Shown here: positions 11,286-21,700 of the stretch, in pieces
Numbering within the stretch: the first letter of the stretch is position 1
Layout: each line of letters begins with the position of its first letter
Source: TPA_inf: Saccharomyces
Lineage: Eukaryota
NCBI GenBank assembly: GCA_000146045.2
Contig: BK006943.2
Coordinates: forward strand, 672,001-736,000
Direction: 5' to 3'
Length of the DNA: 64,000 bases
Notes under the pieces: model-generated
Seen by the model: only the letters and a program-made list of their open reading frames with translations
What the model was told of the DNA's origin: nothing
Databases searched by the model: none
Position numbers and translations under genes: made by a program

Positions 11286-11583
11286 TCGCCAATCTTTTGT
11301 TTTTCTCTGGTTCCCGTTCCCTACTGTTACTTTATTAGTATATAAGGGATCTGAATAAATATCAAGACGATGGAAAAAAAATAACAAGCAAAGGAACCTT
11401 TCTATATCCCAATTTTATTTCACATTAAAAACTATCGTCTTCCAACACTTTATATAACTGCTTGCAGCGGCCAGTAATTCGTCGCATCTCCATGACTCAA
11501 ATTTTCCAGTGTCTCTTAGCAGTTAAACCATTCCTGCCTCTGTGTGGTGGTAATTGTGGCATTATGAGTTAAGAGATAATACG

Positions 11584-11590
11584 CACGTGA
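11584..11590. promoter_or_regulatory. CACGTGA (Cbf1/CDE1-type E-box) in the MET5 promoter, ~300 bp upstream of the ATG
   Basis: The string gcCACGTGAtg is read directly from the sequence. TCACGTGA is the Cbf1 site of the MET regulon. Confidence 0.6.
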
Positions 11591-11611
11591 TGAAATTCAT
11601 TCTGTGAAATA

Positions 11612-11618
11612 TCACGTG
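11612..11618. promoter_or_regulatory. Second TCACGTG E-box in the MET5 promoter, 28 bp from the first
   Basis: The string aTCACGTGga. Paired Cbf1 sites are typical of MET genes. A nearby TGTGGC (11555-11560) is a weak Met31/32-like core. Confidence 0.55.
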
Positions 11619-12428
11619 GACAAATTATATTACCCGGATTCATAAATCCACGTATTTTACCTGCATCTTTATTGAGTGCTTAGTAAAAGTCAGTTGGTGA
11701 AATTCCGCAGATAAAACAGCATATTAGTTGCCTGAAAATAGCCTTATGTGTTGGTTTGATACGTCTTTGTCATTATATACCCAAAGGTTTGTAGTTCATG
11801 TTGCGGGTTGGTATGAATAAATTTTTCGTATTTAGTGATTATAATACTTATTACCCATTTCGGCGGCTAATAAGGAATCTGCTAAGATAGGTAAATGTAC
11901 AATACCATCAATGGCTTCTAAAAGTTTTCAAAGAAGTGGGATAAGGGATGAAAGTTGTGCGTGTGTTGGTTACTTAGGTTCTAATTTGGCTTCAATTTGA
12001 AGTGAGATGTTTTGTTTAACATTAGTTTCAAATTAACAGCTTTTGTGAGAAAATATATTTTGGATGAATAGCAGAAAATAGAAATCTGGAAATAAACAAA
12101 ACAGAGCCAAAATTCTAAGCTTAATAACATGAATATTTGTTTATCTAGCATCTTGTTCCTCCCACTCTTTTTCCGAAAATATGGCTAGCCAACTTAGGTG
12201 AATGGGGAAGGGTACTAGATTCATTCATTTATTTCTATTCAAGGACAAGAACTTTTAACATAGTAAGACCTTTATGTTAGTTTGGTGCGGCTGACAAATT
12301 CATAGCTAATGTGCTAGAGCTCTTATATTGGTAATTACTAATCCTTCATTGCTATTATGACTATCACATTATAAGGTAATGAAAAATTAAATCATTGTGT
12401 ACGGATTAAGTCCTTTCTCTAAAAGAGA

Positions 12429-12436
12429 TCACGTGA
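12429..12436. promoter_or_regulatory. Perfect palindrome TCACGTGA ~135 bp upstream of the IML1 ATG
   Basis: The string gaTCACGTGActat. It could bind Cbf1, Pho4 or Tye7. Function is unassigned. Confidence 0.35.
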
Positions 12437-12566
12437 CTATTTGAATCACTATCTATGTTAATCATTATTGTTTAAAAGATAGTAAGTGACAGAACAACGA
12501 ATTGTTTCTGTAACTACTTTTTAAGCAGGGAAATAACTCAGCACTGACAAGGGACACTTTTTAAGG

Positions 12567-15500
12567 ATGTTCGCTAAATTGCATGGGAAGAAACAAAGAC
12601 CAATTTCTTCCATCAATTCACAAACTCCAAGGACTAGCAATACTACTCACGCAAATAGCATATCCTTATCATCGGGTAATTTGATAGTAGGTTCCAATAG
12701 AAATTTAAGACAAAAGAAAGAGCAGTTTGGTTCTCAACAAAGGGCTTCCGGCAGAAAGCTGATTTCAAATAAGGAAAATGACGATAACGTCAACAATGGT
12801 GGTGACAACAATTATGACAATGGGGAACGGGTCCATCGCCATCATATTCCAGGACTGAAAATAAAGGCGTATCAAGCTGAATTAGGCTATCATGAGTCCC
12901 GATTTTCCGAGAATTTAGTGATGCTAAATCTAGTTGAGTTCCCGGATATAAAACCTGGTGATTTGGTAGAATTGAAAACATATCACAAAAATCCATCTGC
13001 ATCGAACGGAGATAAGAAAATTTATTTTATTGCAAAAGATTTTGACGGAGAGACTAAAAGAAGGGCAAAAACATCTAATGTTTCAATACTTTCGGGTCAA
13101 CTGCAAACTTTGTTAGATTTGCCTTCTAGGTCTAGGATATGGATAAAATTGAAACCAAACAAATTTGACTTACAGGCAGATGTGGTAGAGTTTAATATCA
13201 AAGATTGCCTACTAAATAGAGGTGATATGTGGGTTCTATCATCTAAGCTGGTAGATACATGTGTGTTTATGGATCAAAGACTGGCATTCTTAGACTCTAT
13301 CAGAGGTACTATTAAGGGAATTTATCGAAATGGTAAGAAGATTGTTTCTGGATATATTGGCGAACAAACAAGGATAATTTTTCGGTCCGAATCTGCCAGA
13401 TTAATTTTTTTGATTCAAATAACTGATGAAATGTGGAACTTCGAAGAAACTGGTGAACAATTATTTCAAAAGATGGTTAATTCATTTTTCCCGAAGATCT
13501 TCAAAAAATGGAAAGATGTGGACACCCACCATACTATCACTATAGCCTTCGCTATATCAATGGACTTGTCTGATACATCATTCAAGGACTTAACACCCGG
13601 CGAATCTTTGAAAAATTCACAGGATTATTTTAGGATAGTTGTAGATCAAGTCAGTATTATCCATTGGGTTGATATTATGGAAACATTAAGAGAAGAATTT
13701 ATGGAAATCAGAAAAGATTTATTAAACAAGCAAACGGATAAGGGTTACAGTGTAGCGAATGGAAGATTTTCACCTGTAATCAAGTCGAATTTTCTCGAAT
13801 TGGTCAATTTTGCCACGACAATTTTAACGGATCCTTTCAAGCAATTAGATCTTCGACACACTACAACGCACGTCATGATTATTTCACCAGGGTCTGGATT
13901 ATTTGACGTTGATTATAGTTTATTAAGGCTAACAGGAAAAAAACTACTCTCTCTTGAAATGACGATGGATTTAATATGTCTTTCAAAAGCTCCATTGCAC
14001 ATAGTTCCACTTTTTAGGTACCGAGACTTTGAGAACAAGCTTCATCATTGTGTACCGCTTTGGTTAAGTGTTTTCTTTTGGAATGATCATGACAAAAAGA
14101 GTAACTCAGAATGGACTCCAAGATGTAAAATTTATGACTTACAAATGATGGGGATTACTGAAAATGAGTTAATTCGGGAAGTGGATGTTGAATATTTACA
14201 GCTGAACAAGAAAGTCAAATCACTATCCGAGTTTATGAATGATTACGACAAAAATGCCTTCGAGGTGAAAATTTTATGCGCTGGCTCTAATACGAAACAA
14301 TCTAAGAAATTAAATTCAAAGTTTGATACCGTCTTCGAGAATGATGTTGTTGTGAAGGCAAGGAAAATCCCGGCAACAGCAACAACAACACACGGTAACA
14401 CAAAATTCATATGGAGAGGTCCAAAAGTTGCTCTCCCAGCCATTAAGGATATTCAAAAACCAAACGTAATACCAGATCTATCAATAAAAACAATAGAGGC
14501 CTCTTTTTATGATGATTGTAATACTACAAATGATAAAATTAGCACTCCCACCACTTCTAACAATGACAATCTCGAAATGAATGACTCATTGGTCTCTGTG
14601 AGATCTGCTGATAACCAAAACACATCTTTGGCGCTGGATTCGCTCAAAGGACTAAGCAAAAGGAACTCATTGAAAGATTTTACTCAAAGAGTAATTACAA
14701 AATTTATTTCGAACATAGACACAAGTAAAAATAAAAAAATAAAGTCAACATTACTCAGAGATGATGTGGATAACTCACCTTTAGGTTCAAATACACCACT
14801 ACCATCTTCTGAAAGTAAAATAAGTGGCCTGAAATTACAACAAAAAGGCCTGGCAGATGAAAACGTTATCAGTAAACGTGGAAATTTGATAATAAAGAAA
14901 AACCTATCCATTTTTGGGCTACCTAGTAATGAAATCATGAGTGGTTCACCCTCCTCATATTTAGGCTCATCACATACCAGAACATCCTCTAAACTTTCTA
15001 ATATGTCAGACAAGGCTGCTTTCATTACAGAAGGGCAAAAATCAAAACATGATGACTCGAACACTTATAGCCTCACACAGCAATTGAAACATCGTATAAG
15101 TGAAACTTGGGTGGATATTAAAAGTCCTTCCATTCCGGTAAGTAGTGAATTTGCCAACGAATTATTGCCTATACGTTGGAAAGATGTATGGCCAAAATAT
15201 GTGGCCAGAAAATATAGTAAATGGAGGTCTTTTACAACCCCAGCAGAGTTACCAATCACAATTTCTGATTTTCCATCCAAGGATGATTTTGATAGGAACT
15301 TCATCTTCAGAAATCACTCAGTGACTTTAAACACAGATCAAGAACAATATAATCAGACATACAAAGACTTACTTCGTGATATGATTTATATGCGACTGTT
15401 AACTGGTTTTCAAATCTGCGTGGGCCGACAAGTAGAAAAAATAGAACTTTCTAGGGAAAGTGGTGAAAGTGAAACTGTAGTCAACAAGTATTTAGATTTC

Positions 15501-17321
15501 AATCAAAATGATGCGTTCAAACTTTATCTAATGATCGACTCTGAAATACACAGAATAACATGCTCGTCAAGTGGAATTATTGATGTGGAGAGGTATTTGA
15601 GAAAAGATGAAGCAAACTTGTTTGATCAGGTTCCTAGTTATATTCCGTTGGTTAAAACGAGATACGAGAGCTCATTTCGTGATGCTATGATTGACCCACT
15701 TCATGTTAAAAGAGAATCTTTGAACTGGAATCAAATTGATCAGGTTCTAGCAGGTTATGGCGATAACTTAATAGATAGGAAATGGCACGGATTTCGAGCT
15801 AAATATGTGGTGTTACCAACAGATATCCCTCCCAACACATATTCTATGGTTATCAATGGTAAAAGCGAAACTTTAAACCCAGAAGAAATCAGAGTCGAGG
15901 GTTTGAGAAGATTAATTGGCTCAATAACGAGGTCAAGACTAAGAACAGAGAAAGAAAAAAAAGGAAGAAAAACTAAGAGAGAAGAAATACAGCCTGAAGT
16001 TATGTTTTACACCGGCCCGCTTTACAACTTCATTAATGAGCAACAAACATCTTTAGAAAGCTCGGCTATAAATTTTAAAGATTCAATTTTTGTTAATGAT
16101 AATAACCTTTTAAACAGAAATGTAGAACTATCCAAGTTGGCGTATCAAATTCAACGTGGCGAAGATCGCATTACTTTAGTCAACAGAAAATGGCACTGGA
16201 AAAAGCATGAAAAGTGTTTTGTTGGCTCGGAGATGGTTAATTGGCTCATAAGAAACTTCTCTGATATAGATACTCGAGAAGATGCAATTAAATATGGGCA
16301 GAAGGTGATGAAAGAGGGATTATTTGTTCACGTTTTAAATAAGCACAATTTTTTGGACGGGCACTACTTTTACCAGTTCTCACCTGAATACGTAATGGAC
16401 ACTAATAAACTAGAAAAAACAAACTCCCATCGCTCTACATTATCCGATCCAAAGCAGATGTTGAGAAAAGCATCCACTGGTAGCTCAAACGATCCAAGCG
16501 CTATGACTCCTTTTTCTTCAGTAGTACCTGCTATAAGCGCTTCGAATGCTTCAGTTGCTGACGCCAAAGAGCCATCACGCCCTATTTTAATGCTGAGTAA
16601 CTCTCTTGTTATCGATGTTGATCCCGCGGGAAAATCCTCGAAACAAGAATCGTGTACAGTCCATTATGACAGAGTTCATAACCCCGACCACTGTTTTCAC
16701 ATAAGATTGGAATGGTTGACTACCACCCCAAAATTGATCGATGATTTGGTTGGGAACTGGTCAAGGTTATGCGAAAGGTACGGTTTGAAAATGATTGAAA
16801 TTCCTTGGGAAGAACTTTGTACTATCCCTTCGGTCAATCCATTTCACTCTTTTGTGGAAATTAAGTTAGCTATCAATCCTTGGGAAGATCCTGAGTTCAA
16901 GGATAGGGAGCTTTTCGCTAAAAGCAAATTCTACTACCACGTTTATCTTTTAAAGGCATCTGGGTTTTTATTAGACAATAGGGCATCCAAATTTTTACAA
17001 AATCAAGATATAGAGTTTGACATCATGTATTCATGGGGCAAACCACAGTTCAAATATGTTCAATATATTCATCATACGGGTGCTTACGTCGCGGAATTGA
17101 GGGAAAATGGCTGCCTATTTTTAGCTCCTAACAACATTTATATATCCAGAGTGAATCCGGGAAACATAATCGGGAAAATTCATTCTGCTTCAAGCTCTTC
17201 ATTAGATGCTCAAAAAGTGATCCTAAATTTCAAATCAACTTGCTTGGACTATCAGAAGTTAAGGTCAATTTTCCTTGACGCAAAGGAAATGTGGATTACA
17301 GGAAAGATTGTAGAAGATTGA
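12567..17321 (+). CDS. IML1: SEACIT/GATOR1 subunit (vacuolar membrane GAP for Gtr1), 1584 aa
   Basis: ATG at 12567, 1584 aa. A C-terminal DEP-like segment (EMVNWLIRNFSDIDTREDAIKYGQKVMKEGLFVHV) is present. It matches the YJR138W size and order. Confidence 0.92.
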   Translation: MFAKLHGKKQRPISSINSQTPRTSNTTHANSISLSSGNLIVGSNRNLRQKKEQFGSQQRASGRKLISNKENDDNVNNGGDNNYDNGERVHRHHIPGLKIKAYQAELGYHESRFSENLVMLNLVEFPDIKPGDLVELKTYHKNPSASNGDKKIYFIAKDFDGETKRRAKTSNVSILSGQLQTLLDLPSRSRIWIKLKPNKFDLQADVVEFNIKDCLLNRGDMWVLSSKLVDTCVFMDQRLAFLDSIRGTIKGIYRNGKKIVSGYIGEQTRIIFRSESARLIFLIQITDEMWNFEETGEQLFQKMVNSFFPKIFKKWKDVDTHHTITIAFAISMDLSDTSFKDLTPGESLKNSQDYFRIVVDQVSIIHWVDIMETLREEFMEIRKDLLNKQTDKGYSVANGRFSPVIKSNFLELVNFATTILTDPFKQLDLRHTTTHVMIISPGSGLFDVDYSLLRLTGKKLLSLEMTMDLICLSKAPLHIVPLFRYRDFENKLHHCVPLWLSVFFWNDHDKKSNSEWTPRCKIYDLQMMGITENELIREVDVEYLQLNKKVKSLSEFMNDYDKNAFEVKILCAGSNTKQSKKLNSKFDTVFENDVVVKARKIPATATTTHGNTKFIWRGPKVALPAIKDIQKPNVIPDLSIKTIEASFYDDCNTTNDKISTPTTSNNDNLEMNDSLVSVRSADNQNTSLALDSLKGLSKRNSLKDFTQRVITKFISNIDTSKNKKIKSTLLRDDVDNSPLGSNTPLPSSESKISGLKLQQKGLADENVISKRGNLIIKKNLSIFGLPSNEIMSGSPSSYLGSSHTRTSSKLSNMSDKAAFITEGQKSKHDDSNTYSLTQQLKHRISETWVDIKSPSIPVSSEFANELLPIRWKDVWPKYVARKYSKWRSFTTPAELPITISDFPSKDDFDRNFIFRNHSVTLNTDQEQYNQTYKDLLRDMIYMRLLTGFQICVGRQVEKIELSRESGESETVVNKYLDFNQNDAFKLYLMIDSEIHRITCSSSGIIDVERYLRKDEANLFDQVPSYIPLVKTRYESSFRDAMIDPLHVKRESLNWNQIDQVLAGYGDNLIDRKWHGFRAKYVVLPTDIPPNTYSMVINGKSETLNPEEIRVEGLRRLIGSITRSRLRTEKEKKGRKTKREEIQPEVMFYTGPLYNFINEQQTSLESSAINFKDSIFVNDNNLLNRNVELSKLAYQIQRGEDRITLVNRKWHWKKHEKCFVGSEMVNWLIRNFSDIDTREDAIKYGQKVMKEGLFVHVLNKHNFLDGHYFYQFSPEYVMDTNKLEKTNSHRSTLSDPKQMLRKASTGSSNDPSAMTPFSSVVPAISASNASVADAKEPSRPILMLSNSLVIDVDPAGKSSKQESCTVHYDRVHNPDHCFHIRLEWLTTTPKLIDDLVGNWSRLCERYGLKMIEIPWEELCTIPSVNPFHSFVEIKLAINPWEDPEFKDRELFAKSKFYYHVYLLKASGFLLDNRASKFLQNQDIEFDIMYSWGKPQFKYVQYIHHTGAYVAELRENGCLFLAPNNIYISRVNPGNIIGKIHSASSSSLDAQKVILNFKSTCLDYQKLRSIFLDAKEMWITGKIVED

Positions 17322-17444
17322 GTAGCCCCATGACATGGATGAGTTTCTTCACAAAGTAAATAATATTCGAACGTGGATAGTAAAGCATAATGTTATCTAT
17401 TTATATATAAATATACCTATGTTTTTATATGTCTGTTTACTGAT

Positions 17445-18524
17445 CTAAAGTCTTTGAGCAATCTTGATAACATCACCCAAAACACCAGCGGCAGTAACGG
17501 CAGCACCGGCACCGGCACCTTGAATGACAACAGGATTGGTGTAACGCTTAGTCTTGATGGAAATAACGTTATCTGATCCCTTCAATGATGCGAATGGGTG
17601 TGAGTAATCGTACTTTTCAATTCCTACAGACACAGATTTGGTGGCAACATCGACTTTACCAATGAATCTCAATACCTTATTTTCAGTGGCAGCTTCCTTC
17701 TTCAATTGAGTCAAATCTTTATCGTAATCAGATAATTTTTCCAAGAATTCATCAGCAGACTTGACAGATTCCAATGGTTTTGGAATCAAAGACTGGACAG
17801 GGAAGGAAGTTGGAGATTCAACTTCCACACCAGATATCCTACCAACAATGGTAACCTTTCTAGCAACATCCAACCCATTCAAATCATCTCTTGGATCTGG
17901 TTCAGTATAACCCAATTTTTTAGCAACTTTGACAACATCAGAGAATTTGACGTCGTTAGCTTGACTAGTGGAGAACTCGTTGAAAATATAAGATAGAGTA
18001 CCAGAGAAGATACCTTCAATTTTTTCAACTTCGTCACCGGTTTGAATAATTTCTCTTAAGAAACTGATGATAGGCAAACCAGCACCGACGGTAGCTTCAT
18101 GATAGACAAAACCGTTAGTTGGCTTATTTGAGAAAAGAGCCTTCCAGGTAGCCAAATCAGAGGAAAAGGCCTTCTTGTTTGGAGTAGCAATGGAAATACC
18201 ATTTTCGACAAACTTAGTGTAAAAACCAGCAATGTAAGCGCTGGAAGTGTTATCAACCAAAATGACTGGCTTAGGTGAAGTCTTCAAATGAGCAATTAAA
18301 TCATCCAAAGGCAACGTTTTAGTAGTGGAGGCTGCTAAAGCAGCCTTCCAATCAGAACCAACATTTAATGGAGAAAAGTCCTTGGAGATTAAAGAACGCT
18401 CAGCTTCAGCCAAAAGAACTAGATTGTAAGTAATGGTAGACTTCATGGCTAACAATTGATCCAAGAAAGCTGAACCAACAACACCGGCACCGATAACGGC
18501 AACATTAACAACTTTAGTGCTCAT
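17445..18524 (-). CDS. HOM6: Homoserine dehydrogenase, 359 aa
   Basis: Starts MSTKVVNVAVIGAGVVGSAF, a Rossmann GxGxxG motif, and is 359 aa. A T9 tract lies directly 5' of the ATG (18525-18533). Confidence 0.95.
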   Translation of the reverse strand: MSTKVVNVAVIGAGVVGSAFLDQLLAMKSTITYNLVLLAEAERSLISKDFSPLNVGSDWKAALAASTTKTLPLDDLIAHLKTSPKPVILVDNTSSAYIAGFYTKFVENGISIATPNKKAFSSDLATWKALFSNKPTNGFVYHEATVGAGLPIISFLREIIQTGDEVEKIEGIFSGTLSYIFNEFSTSQANDVKFSDVVKVAKKLGYTEPDPRDDLNGLDVARKVTIVGRISGVEVESPTSFPVQSLIPKPLESVKSADEFLEKLSDYDKDLTQLKKEAATENKVLRFIGKVDVATKSVSVGIEKYDYSHPFASLKGSDNVISIKTKRYTNPVVIQGAGAGAAVTAAGVLGDVIKIAQRL

Positions 18525-18749
18525 TTTTTTTTTATTATTCGATTGATGATACTATCTACGTTCTTAAAACAGTCCTGAGTACACACACAGAAGATTTAGC
18601 TTCAACAAATTGTCTATCGCTAACCGCAATATTTACATATTCTTTATACATTTCTGTTCCATTCAACCCAACTTTACCACCAGGGCACACTTCTTCCAAA
18701 ATATGGTCATCAACACACCCGTACACCACCATGTGCGTTATTGAAAAAC

Positions 18750-21700
18750 TCACGTGATCTTATCCACTAATAGCCTCACTCTATCGAAGACTTCCTTCTT
18801 TGTAACACGTTTCTTAATTGCACTTGGCTTAGAAGTAGGGTCTGGAGTGCTTTTTGATGTCACAGAACCTGATGACGGTAGTGCTGGATTGTTTTCATCG
18901 TTCACGTCTGTGAGGGATTGATCCTGTCGAGCTAGAGGAAAATAGAGATACTCGAAATAAATGCCCAAGCAAACGCTGTCAAATGCAATTCCGCTATGTC
19001 CCTTTTTCAACTGGAAAGCAAGTTTTAACCCGGATGATATTTCTTCAGGGTACTTTCCTTGGTCGAAAACTTGGTTCAGTTGCTCACTAATCTTCAGGAA
19101 TTCTTGGTAGTTCAAGGTTGGAAGGATTTGCTCCACGTAGCTCTTGTCTTGCAATTGCAGCTTGATTTTGGCACTTTGCGTGTACACATTAATGGCACGC
19201 TCTAATAGTTCGTTTACGTTCACAGTTCCAGAACCAAATCGCCTTAGCTTTTTTATAACAAGACCTGTTGTATTGAAGTCTTTTATTGCGAAGAGTAAAT
19301 CCAAATACAAAACCAGGTACTGGTAAGTATAGATGAAATGTTTCCCTGGCCTTTCAAAATCTGGTTTCCATATATTGACCAAGTTTTTGTTTATACTTTT
19401 TGCGGATATTAAGCTATCCATCTCCTCCAAAGCACCGTTCACATCACCCAAATCGTCAAACAATATGCGCGCTATTCTGTAACGAGGTCTGTGCTGCCAT
19501 TTTTTTTTATCAACAGATAGTAAATGGCGAAGTAGTCTTATGATTTTGTCAAAAAAGAATTTTTCTTGATAATCCCATGCAAGACCTTCGTCGTTGACCC
19601 AAAATTCCTCTTGTTCCTGGAAGAATTGGTTATCTTTAGACAGTAAGGTCAGAGCTTCGTTAACACCTATGACGCCTCTTTTTACCCACTTGTAACAAGC
19701 ATTAACTAACAGATAATGGGGTTCTATGATCGGATCTTTAGCAGGTGATGACTCATAAGCTATTTGGCAACCCTGAGTAATATATTTGGCAACTAATTTA
19801 CAATTATTACCACCATCTGTTTTGAAAAAGAACTTGGCCAGATTGTAAAAACTAGACCAATTCAACACGAATACATCGTCCTGTGACTTGATATCGCCGG
19901 ATAAAGAACAAGCCCTATTAAAACATAAAAATATACTTTGCTCGATGTTAAAGTCTGAGATTGTGGTGATTTTCTTAGTTTTTTCCATTACTACTTCACC
20001 GGTTTCAGACAATCTCATTGTATTCTCAGCACTGCTTTTCCAGCTAAAACAAAGCTTATTCATGGGATTATAGTAGCCGCTAATCAGCATAGATCCTAAG
20101 TCATCCAATGCCTCCAATATAATCTTTTTATCGTCAATAGTTCGATCCAACTTACTATAATAAATGGAAATGGCCATTAAATAACACAATATTGCCTTTC
20201 TTTGAGTCAAAGCAATAACATCTTTTTTCTCAGGGACAGTGATCTTATCTGAGGTCCATATTAAATCATCTTCAACAATATAACTGTAACACTTTCCGAG
20301 TAATATCCAACTTTCGAAACGGTTTGTGTTGTATATAATGTCATTCTTTAACATTCTGATAATGGAGTCTAATTCAGAAGGTCTTGCTTGCATAGACTTC
20401 TTTCTCATTTTATACAAACCCAGGGACTGTAAGCTGGATACGTAGAACAAGCCGGCTGTCATGCCTTGCTGTAACTCGTCGTTTGGAGAAGTTAAATACA
20501 AACTTGTTGCACCAGAAAATGTATGCTTCAACAAGTCTGCCGTTATTGGCCTTGATAAATATTCATTTAATAGAAATGAGTTTCTAGATATGATATGATT
20601 GTCCAGCGTTGATGGGTCGCCAATTTTTTCTATAATATTATCCATTATCTGTTTTAGGGTGGTCTTTGACGACGACAGGTAAGGGTTCTTATTTTGATAC
20701 TGTAATTTGATTAGATATGTACCTAAAGGCAAAGAGTGTATCTTTTCCATCTCTACCGCTTTTGTATCATGCAGATCAGGACTGAAGTTATCACTAGCTA
20801 TCGCGTAGTGATATCTACACCACAGTATTTGCTTCAATTGTAAAAAAGAATCATTATTAATGAACTGGCACAATAGTTTTTCAGCTAAATCTAGGAACTT
20901 TCCATTTGATGCATCACAAAAATGGAAATGTCCAAAAAGAGTGTGTAAGGACCAAATTAGTTCCGTTGTTTCAATACCTTGTTCAGCAGGTGTCCTGAGC
21001 TTTGCTTGTAAATCATAATAATAAAGTATCAACGTCGCTAAATCTATCATTATATCCTTCATTTTCCCTGATGATTTCGATGCTCTTTTGAAAAAAGACT
21101 TATTAGAAACGTCGTTAACCGCAGAGCTTTCATAGAAAAGGACAGTATAAAAGAAGAAGAATGTTTGCAGCAGCTTTTCAAACATATAGTCCTCCAAGAC
21201 AAAATCGCTGCTTTCCCACCTATTTGAATTTAGTATCGCTGTCAGTTGGCTTGAGAGATAGCCAATTGCTGTCAACACTGTTAATAACATTTGGTGCCTT
21301 CCGTGTGGGTTCGATTCTTTGTAGACAGGTGACGTCAATGCGCCCTTCATAAAATCAAGTACGTGGAAATAAATTCTTTGAACATCCTGTATACTGGATT
21401 TTTTGACATATGACGAAAAGAGAACGCCCCAAAGTCTAATTTTCAATAAAAATGGTGAGTTGAAAATAAAGGAAACCATCTCCTCATCAATATTTGAATG
21501 ATTAGTCGAAGGGTGTAATATATGTAAAAGGACTTTTTCTAGTGTCTCTAGATGATTTTCTGAATGAGTGTCAGAGTTCGTGTCTTCAGATATATCTTCG
21601 ACTGTTATGTTTTGTATTATTCTTATTTTCCTTTTCTGGGATTGAACTGTGTTTAGGTTTAGTGCCGGTATATGACGGTAATTCGGATAGGCAATGTCTA

